DNA of 64,000 nucleotides from a virus (lineage: Duplodnaviria; Caudoviricetes). The first letter of the stretch is position 1; each line of letters starts with the position of its first letter. The translations under genes were made by a program, and so were the position numbers. The DNA is taken from the IMG/VR virus record IMGVR_UViG_2545824688_000002, positions 1-64,000 of that record. One strand, 5' to 3'. Below are positions 57,772 to 64,000 of the stretch, piece by piece. Below the pieces are notes generated by a model that was not told the origin of the DNA, did no database searches, and saw only the letters and a list, made by a program, of their open reading frames with translations.

Positions 57772-58765
57772 GCGTATGCCTGCTTGTACCCCGATTATAA
57801 GCGAATTCGCTTATATTTAATGTAAACGAAATCAATCGCGCCCTGCTAACATATTTATGCAATTTTTCGATACTACCGATCTCATTCGGGTCTTTGTACC
57901 TAAACGGATACCCCGCGATTCCAACGTTCATGTACGGAGCCAGCCGCTCGATAACGCTCCGTTTCAACTTCTGTCCGGCCTCGTCATGGTCCGCCATAAC
58001 GACGACCGTATGTAGCGGACTCTTCCGAATCAACTCCGCCTTCACTTCGCTAAACTCCGATCCACCTACGGCAATGGCCGCAAACCCCGCCGTCCGTACG
58101 TAAAGGGCGTCAATCTCCGCTTCCACAAGAACCGCCAGTCCATCGCGTTCCTTGTAAATCCGGTCCATCCCGTACACGATCTCGCGGGTGGGACGGCCGC
58201 CCTTTGCGTACCAAAACGTTTTTTCTCCGACTTTCCGGTACTTGACCGTTTCTAGCGTCCCATCCGCTCCGATCCACGGGAACACTACGGCCTTACTTTT
58301 CGGACAGTATCCGGTGTGCATTTGGCGCTGCACATCTTCGGATATTCCGCGTTGAGTGAGATACGGGTGGGGCCCGATCAGTCCGTCCAGCATCCGCCAG
58401 TCCAACGTTTGGCGTCGTTGGGGAAGACGGAGGGTTCCCGACAGGTCAAGCGTAAGTTCGTCGGGATCGACCGGACCGTCTCCGCCCCATCCGTATCGCA
58501 ACCGCAGGTATTCGCGGACCTCGCCTTCCGTTTCGTTTCGGAGGAAAGCGAGAAGTTTAACGATACCGCCGCGTGCGTATTCGCCAGTTCCGCCGCTGTC
58601 TACCCAATCGCCAGCTCGCGCGCCAGTGGCCGGGTTATCGCGAAGCCATACCATGAATGACGGGTGGCTGTCGTACCGAAACGGGGAGGCTGCGAGTAGC
58701 TTGTCCTCCGTCCAGGTGGCGCGGGTCCAGGAGTAGGCGGAGAGTTCGTCACTTATCGAAATCAA
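57746..58765 (-). CDS. DNA primase (TOPRIM)
   Basis: SPFRYDSHPSF (Zn-finger-like region lacking Cys), YLTQRGI, VEAEIDAL, DHDEAG, KDPNE. Confidence 0.88.
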   Translation of the reverse strand: MISISDELSAYSWTRATWTEDKLLAASPFRYDSHPSFMVWLRDNPATGARAGDWVDSGGTGEYARGGIVKLLAFLRNETEGEVREYLRLRYGWGGDGPVDPDELTLDLSGTLRLPQRRQTLDWRMLDGLIGPHPYLTQRGISEDVQRQMHTGYCPKSKAVVFPWIGADGTLETVKYRKVGEKTFWYAKGGRPTREIVYGMDRIYKERDGLAVLVEAEIDALYVRTAGFAAIAVGGSEFSEVKAELIRKSPLHTVVVMADHDEAGQKLKRSVIERLAPYMNVGIAGYPFRYKDPNEIGSIEKLHKYVSRARLISFTLNISEFAYNRGTSRHTPTRPSSPR

Positions 58766-58789
58766 ATAACCACCCCATTTAAACCAAAA

Positions 58790-59101
58790 TTACTCCTCTT
58801 TTAAAATCTTTTTTATAGGCTTTTCTGATGCTAACTTTTCCTCATATTCGGGATTTTTCACTATCATTCCATTTTTGGTTACCGCTGCTAAATCCATCTT
58901 AACCTCAAGATCATTAAGTGCTGCCAGAATAATTCCTTGTAAAAACTCTTGCTTCGATAGTTTCAACGCCCGCCGTATATACTCAATCCTCCGATTGTTG
59001 TAGGTGCTGAACGTGAGAGAAAATCTCACCTCCTCGGCTTGAACATCGCTTTGGGTTCTCGATACCAACTGGTTCAGGTGCTTTTCTAGGAACTCACTCA
59101 C
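58790..59101 (-). CDS. Small RHH-like DNA-binding protein (low-GC insert)
   Basis: RFSLTF...RIEYIRRALKLSKQEFL. Confidence 0.45.
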   Translation of the reverse strand: MSEFLEKHLNQLVSRTQSDVQAEEVRFSLTFSTYNNRRIEYIRRALKLSKQEFLQGIILAALNDLEVKMDLAAVTKNGMIVKNPEYEEKLASEKPIKKILKEE

Positions 59102-59234
59102 ATGAACTCTCCTTCCATTGTCTTCCTGAGAAGATAATAACACCATAAAAGAGGATATGCAAGTGATTTTTTGCACCAATTTGGTGTATTTTATAGTCAA
59201 CACTACCTGCATTATTGACTATAATCAACGGTAA

Positions 59235-60578
59235 TTAAAATTGGAACTGCCCCGCAGCCTCCGCACCCGTCTCCATTTCGCGCACGATCCCGTAATTTGG
59301 CAGATACAGCAGCTCAACCGTAGTCCCTTCGCCACCATTCCGCCCTTTCCCGAGCTCGATCACGCCCAGCCCATCGCTCGCGACGGTATCAATTCCGAAA
59401 ACGTTCGTCGCGTCTTCGAGGACTGCCTTCGTCTTCTTGATTTCGGCCCGCTGCGGCGGACGCAACTCGCGGTGTCCATCGTCGGTTTTCTCGTCCTTTA
59501 CCTCGTCAGCTTGCGTAATTACGTGGAGGACCGTTCCATACTTGCCCGCCAACCTACGCAATTTCTTCGACGTTTCCGCCGCGTCACCGCCCGTTGTTTT
59601 GCTCGTATTCGTTTCGTAGTCCATGTAGTAGAACGGATCGACCAGCACGACATCGGCACCGGTTGCAACAATGTCCGCCTCTAGGTCGCGCACCTTTCGC
59701 GAGTCAAAGTCCTGGTCGTCTACGGACCGGATGATGATTGTCCCCGGCATCTCTTCGGCAATCCGCTCCAAAAACGCCTTGAACGCCGCCTCGAACTCTT
59801 CCGCAAGCTGCCCTCGTAATAGCGCCAGATTATCGAAGCCAGCTTTCTGAATCACGCCATCTATCTCGGCGTCACAAACGCCAAGGCGTGCGGAGATCGA
59901 CGTATAGGCCCGCGCCATCCACTCGTAACGCGACATTTCCATGATCCACGCGAGAACAACTGCGCCCTGGAACGCGGCCTCGATAACTTCCTCCGCTGTG
60001 ATAACGGACTTGCCCCGGCCTGATCGCGCGTACCACGTATACATACTACCGGACAGGTAGCCGCCAATCTCGCGGTTAATGGTCGGAAACTTGCTCCGCC
60101 ATATCTTGAACGAACGCCCCTCTTTGCGCTTCCGATACTCGTCGAGGAAGGCGACCGTATCCCGTTTAATATCCGTGCCCACCTTCGTTCGGCTGGCGGT
60201 CCCGGCTTCGATCTCACCGAGTTTCCCTCGGACCCACTCCGCGAACTCCTCCGGCTTCATGGTCGTATATTTCTCGCTGAACTCCCGGCTGGTGAAAAAC
60301 GCGTGCTGCCGGTATTTGGCCGCGCCCTCCTTGACCTTCCGCGCCAGCCACTCGAACGAATCGGCCACGTCCGGCCTGTACGTAAAGCCCGCAACCTCGG
60401 CCGCGACCGTTCGATAGTCCGGGGCCTGGCCGTTGGCTTCCGCATAGTCGCGGATAAACCGGTAGGCCCGGCGTTCTGGCTCCGTGAGGAAGTGGTCCTC
60501 ACGGATGTCGTGGCGGATGAGGGCGGCCGGGTCGTTTGCGTCGATGACTTTCGATAAAAGCGATTCTCCGTATGCCAT
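59235..60578 (-). CDS. DnaB-like replicative helicase
   Basis: ARSGRGKS, IMEM, VLVDPFY, ITQ, KGRNG. Confidence 0.9.
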   Translation of the reverse strand: MAYGESLLSKVIDANDPAALIRHDIREDHFLTEPERRAYRFIRDYAEANGQAPDYRTVAAEVAGFTYRPDVADSFEWLARKVKEGAAKYRQHAFFTSREFSEKYTTMKPEEFAEWVRGKLGEIEAGTASRTKVGTDIKRDTVAFLDEYRKRKEGRSFKIWRSKFPTINREIGGYLSGSMYTWYARSGRGKSVITAEEVIEAAFQGAVVLAWIMEMSRYEWMARAYTSISARLGVCDAEIDGVIQKAGFDNLALLRGQLAEEFEAAFKAFLERIAEEMPGTIIIRSVDDQDFDSRKVRDLEADIVATGADVVLVDPFYYMDYETNTSKTTGGDAAETSKKLRRLAGKYGTVLHVITQADEVKDEKTDDGHRELRPPQRAEIKKTKAVLEDATNVFGIDTVASDGLGVIELGKGRNGGEGTTVELLYLPNYGIVREMETGAEAAGQFQF

Positions 60579-60626
60579 TCGGGTCACCTCCGTTAATGTA
60601 CGTTAACAAAATGATCATACTTTACG

Positions 60627-60638
60627 GAACGTTTGTTC
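60627..60638. promoter_or_regulatory. LexA (Cheo) box upstream of the helicase
   Basis: GAACGTTTGTTC, the same core as the yolD box. Confidence 0.6.
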
Positions 60639-61245
60639 TCTTTTTTGTACAAGTACATTGTACTTCCGTTGGTACATTTTTGCAACATTCGACAAAAAAT
60701 TCCGCCATTCGAACTACTTCCTCGTCAAATACCACGCGAGATAATGCCGGTCCCACAGACGTCGTGCTCTCGCTTCCATCCGTGCAGCCCTCCGCAACTG
60801 CCAGCCGTGATAGCGTTCGCGAACCCACCGGATCATTCCGTCACACCCCCGCGAACCAGCAGAGTATCGTACCATTCCGTCAGCTTCATTTCGCAGAAAG
60901 CGTAACGCCCTTCGCTCAATCTTCCGCGATAGAAACGATCCTCCAACGCCTTGTCGTACTCATTGATCGCGTGCTCGCAGAACGCAAACTCTTCGGCGGA
61001 CAATTCCGGCTTTGGCGTGCGGCGGCGGGTGCGTTTCGGTTGTGTCATCGCGATTCCTCCTCAATGTATCGGTATTGGCGACCAATCCATCGGACTACCT
61101 GTTAATAGCGAAATTAATCCGCGCCAAATTAATACCGGCAATGCTATCGGATTTCCCCCAGCGTAAATAATGACGAACTCTAATACGAGTAATCCGAGCG
61201 CAAGGGTATTGAGAATTGACATTACTTGACGCATCAAAAAGCGTA

Positions 61246-62031
61246 TCACTTCCGCATCCCCCTTTTTGATTCGCCAACAAACGGAACCACCGCGCACTGA
61301 TCCCGGACCCGATCCGCCAGCCGCGCGTCAAACACCTGCGCCAGCTCGTCGATTGTGACGTTCGAAGTGTACACGGTCGGCTTGCGCTCGGTGACCCTCG
61401 CATTAATGATCGCGTGCAGGTCACCACGAAACGCTTCGGTCGCCTCCCGTACGCCAACATCGTCGAGCACCGCAAATGGTGCGGACTTGGCGGCCTCCAT
61501 GGCGCGATAGTACGCCGCCGACGCTGGTCCTGCGATGTGGTCCGGCACACGCGGCCGGTTGAACGCGTTAAATTGCGTCTGCCATTCGTTCACGTCCAGG
61601 AAGTACACCGGCCGTTCAAGCGGTCGCCTATTCCGTTGAAGGCTGCCGATATAATGGCGGACTAGGTACGTATTGGCAATCGCTGCGGCTGTCGTCGTCT
61701 TGCCGGTGCCGGTCGCGGCCGAGTACAGGTATAGCGATTTTATCCGGTCGGCGGGATCGTCCGAGAACATCCGGTCGAACGTCTCGATGTACATGTCGAC
61801 CTTCCGGTATGCGTCCGCCTGGTCCGCGCGAGCGACCGAGGATGCGACCGTCACGTTGCGGTAGTCGGCCGGGATGCTCGCGGCGGCTACGCGTCCGCCC
61901 GTTCCGCTGGCTCCGTGGAGGGCGATGAAGTGCGGGCAAAGGCGGGTGCAGACGGCAGGGTCGGTGGACGTCCGGCAGGGTTCGCGTAGGATGCAGGCGG
62001 CTGCGTTGGTTTGCGGTGTTGTAGCGGTCAA
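61246..62031 (-). CDS. DnaC/IstB-like AAA+ helicase loader
   Basis: N-terminal Cys cluster, TGTGKTT, VLDDVG, TSN, RLADRV. Confidence 0.88.
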   Translation of the reverse strand: MTATTPQTNAAACILREPCRTSTDPAVCTRLCPHFIALHGASGTGGRVAAASIPADYRNVTVASSVARADQADAYRKVDMYIETFDRMFSDDPADRIKSLYLYSAATGTGKTTTAAAIANTYLVRHYIGSLQRNRRPLERPVYFLDVNEWQTQFNAFNRPRVPDHIAGPASAAYYRAMEAAKSAPFAVLDDVGVREATEAFRGDLHAIINARVTERKPTVYTSNVTIDELAQVFDARLADRVRDQCAVVPFVGESKRGMRK

Positions 62032-62068
62032 ATCGCGTTCACCTCCACTATCCAAAAGTAATGTTCTG

Positions 62069-62269
62069 TTAAGTTCTTGTAACAGTGAACTCCCAAATGC
62101 ACTCATTCACACCGTTTGCTGGTGCAATATCTTTAATGTTTGCTCTCGTAAATACCTTTCCTTTATGGCATCCTTCAACGCATTTTGCTTCGTACTCCAA
62201 GTCTAAAGCTATGCATTTCATATGGTATTCCAGTAATACCTTTGTGTCTATCAACTCAATTTTACCCAC
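62069..62269 (-). CDS. Small hypothetical cassette protein
   Basis: AGGGGG RBS; AT-rich array. Confidence 0.5.
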   Translation of the reverse strand: MGKIELIDTKVLLEYHMKCIALDLEYEAKCVEGCHKGKVFTRANIKDIAPANGVNECIWEFTVTRT

Positions 62270-62499
62270 TCACATCGTGCCCCCTAAAGTTTTATTAGTT
62301 TTGATCTTCCTTTGGATTTGCTCTCCAAGGAATGTTTTTTGTTCGTTTTGTGTAACCACATGTATAACAATCATAACAGCGTTTTCCTTTTAATGCTTGA
62401 TATCTACCACAAGCATTGCAATACCCCAGATTAAAAGTAAAATTCATACTTTATACACCCCTCTCTTAACAAATCGATTGTTTTGTAAAACAGTCATGT

Positions 62500-62694
62500 T
62501 CAGTCTTCTTCAAATTCAGTGTCAACACCATCATCCCTGAGAAAATCGCTTAAAATCTCTAAATCGCCACTAGCGACAACCATTTCCCAGGCTTCCCCTT
62601 CATAGCCGAATTCCTCAGCAAGCGTAGTGATAGCACGATCGAATCGTGTAAATTCGTACTCACCGCAATTAACAACCAATTTCATCACTTTCAT
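62500..62694 (-). CDS. Small acidic hypothetical protein
   Basis: GAGAGG RBS. Confidence 0.55.
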   Translation of the reverse strand: MKVMKLVVNCGEYEFTRFDRAITTLAEEFGYEGEAWEMVVASGDLEILSDFLRDDGVDTEFEED

Positions 62695-62725
62695 CCTCTC
62701 CGGTTTCGATTGGTTTGTTTATGAC

Positions 62726-62950
62726 CTATCCTTGGTAAGAGTACGACTCTTGCACCATCTCAAAATATTCATCTGGCAGCACATCTTTTGCCACCTGACA
62801 CCAATAGCCCAAATCCCGAACAGCTTCTGCCAGCTCATCGATCGCATGCTGCTCTTCGATCTCCTTCCCGTCTAAAAACCATTTGCCAGTGTCGTTTCTT
62901 TCCAGCATGTGCGCATCCTTTTTATGCAGGCATACTTTAATTGGCTTCAT
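62726..62950 (-). CDS. Small hypothetical protein
   Basis: GGGAGG RBS before MKPIKV. Confidence 0.55.
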   Translation of the reverse strand: MKPIKVCLHKKDAHMLERNDTGKWFLDGKEIEEQHAIDELAEAVRDLGYWCQVAKDVLPDEYFEMVQESYSYQG

Positions 62951-63205
62951 CGTTCTTACCTCCCCATTTAACAAATCGTGTGTTTTGTTAAGCGTATGAG
63001 CCTCGAAAATCACCATCAGGTTCAGCTTTCGCCATAACATCGTCAAGTGAGCATTTAGCATTTTCGCAACACCAATACTTGAATGAATCGTAATAACCCA
63101 CATATTCGACTAGTTTCATTTTCACACCACAAGAACAAATTGGTCTTTTCTCAAATTTCACTCTCATGTCGAACCTCCATTTATCTAAATTACCGATTTG
63201 TTAAA

Positions 63206-63481
63206 TCAGTCTCTTTGTCGCGCTTCTCTCCGCCACTTTAAACCAAGAGGATCGTCAGCGGCTGCCTCAATTCGCTCATAGTCAGATTCAGTGCCCCATT
63301 GCATCACGGCTGTCTCAGTTTCATTTTTGTACCCGAAAAAACCAACAGATCTCCAATCTTTGAATTGTTCGGTTAATCCTCGCTCCATGCACCATGCTTT
63401 GAACATTTCCGCTAGGAATACGTTGCTATTTGTCCGAAAAGCCTTTACAGGCCTTCCGTTAACAATTGCTATACCCACCAT
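63206..63481 (-). CDS. Small hypothetical protein
   Basis: GGGAGG RBS. Confidence 0.55.
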   Translation of the reverse strand: MVGIAIVNGRPVKAFRTNSNVFLAEMFKAWCMERGLTEQFKDWRSVGFFGYKNETETAVMQWGTESDYERIEAAADDPLGLKWRREARQRD

Positions 63482-63505
63482 ATTGACGATCCTCCCGATA
63501 ACTAT

Positions 63506-63679
63506 TTAGTTGAGGCGATCATTTATGAAATCAGCAACCTCGAAGTCCTCACCTTCGAAAACTCTCTTCCCGTCTTGAATAACCTCAAATGTATCCATAT
63601 TTCTTCTTTTTACAGTAAACTCCCCAAATTTCTTTTCCTCATTTTCAATAACGAAAATATCCATATCTGTGACCTTCAT
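63506..63679 (-). CDS. Small hypothetical protein
   Basis: AGGGGG RBS before MKVTDMD. Confidence 0.5.
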   Translation of the reverse strand: MKVTDMDIFVIENEEKKFGEFTVKRRNMDTFEVIQDGKRVFEGEDFEVADFINDRLN

Positions 63680-64000
63680 GCTCTTCCCCCTTTTCAAATT
63701 ACACATTGTGTTATGTCAAACTCATTGACTATAAGTTCCAATTACACCAAAATGGTAATATGCGTTACTAAGGAGAGGATCCCATGCCCTTATTCTTTGG
63801 AGTATCGTTTATAGTTCTTGCGGCGATTGGCAAGGTGCCTTCAACAAATCTACTCTGCTTATTGATTGCGGCACTATTATTGATTGCCCGTGAATTTATT
63901 ACAAGAACGAAGATTTCGGATTCCTTGCTGTTCTTCGTTGTTTTCAGTGTTGTTGTTCTACCGCTTTTTAATTTTTGGAAAGATGTAAATCTACCGGACG

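Larger units (their letters stand above)
62052..63713. repeat. Palindromic intergenic motif repeated between small genes
   Basis: TAACAAAAC-N4-GATTTG-like copies at about 62052, 62466, 62968, 63181 and 63691. Confidence 0.65.
6257..64000 (-). mobile_element. Prophage (contractile PBSX/Xkd-type tail), right end outside the window
   Basis: Ordered lysis, tail, head, packaging, nucleotide-metabolism and replication modules; GC jump at the tRNA fragment. Confidence 0.96.

Overview
The window has two parts joined at the 3' half of a tRNA-Val(GAC) gene. (1) Bases 1-6211 are the AT-rich end of a decayed island. It carries a three-gene defence-like cluster (N4/N6 DNA methyltransferase, a BglII/BstYI-fold protein that appears to lack its catalytic acids, and a ParB/Srx-like protein) and a tyrosine-integrase remnant split by a degenerate IS21-family element with a 6-bp target duplication. 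(2) Bases ~6257-64000 are a GC-richer Bacillales (Paenibacillaceae/Brevibacillus-like, inferred) prophage with a PBSX/Xkd-type contractile tail, encoded almost entirely on the minus strand. It contains lysis, tail, head and packaging genes, nucleotide metabolism (class II RNR, dUTPase, ThyX, dNMP kinase), replication (PolA, primase, DnaB, DnaC-like) and regulators, and it continues past the right edge. The most notable observations are: the MTase + apparently dead REase + ParB-like cluster; up to five phage genes (including portal and RuvC) that appear to start at ATC/ATA behind strong RBSs; a pilin-like gene overlapping a VirB4/HerA-like ATPase frame next to att; a 19-aa DPP-repeat micro-ORF inside a structured, partly duplicated RNA region; a three-copy phage-sigma promoter motif; a four-operator XRE switch; and a palindrome-punctuated array of small genes at the right end. 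All product calls come from motif recognition by eye, with no database searches.
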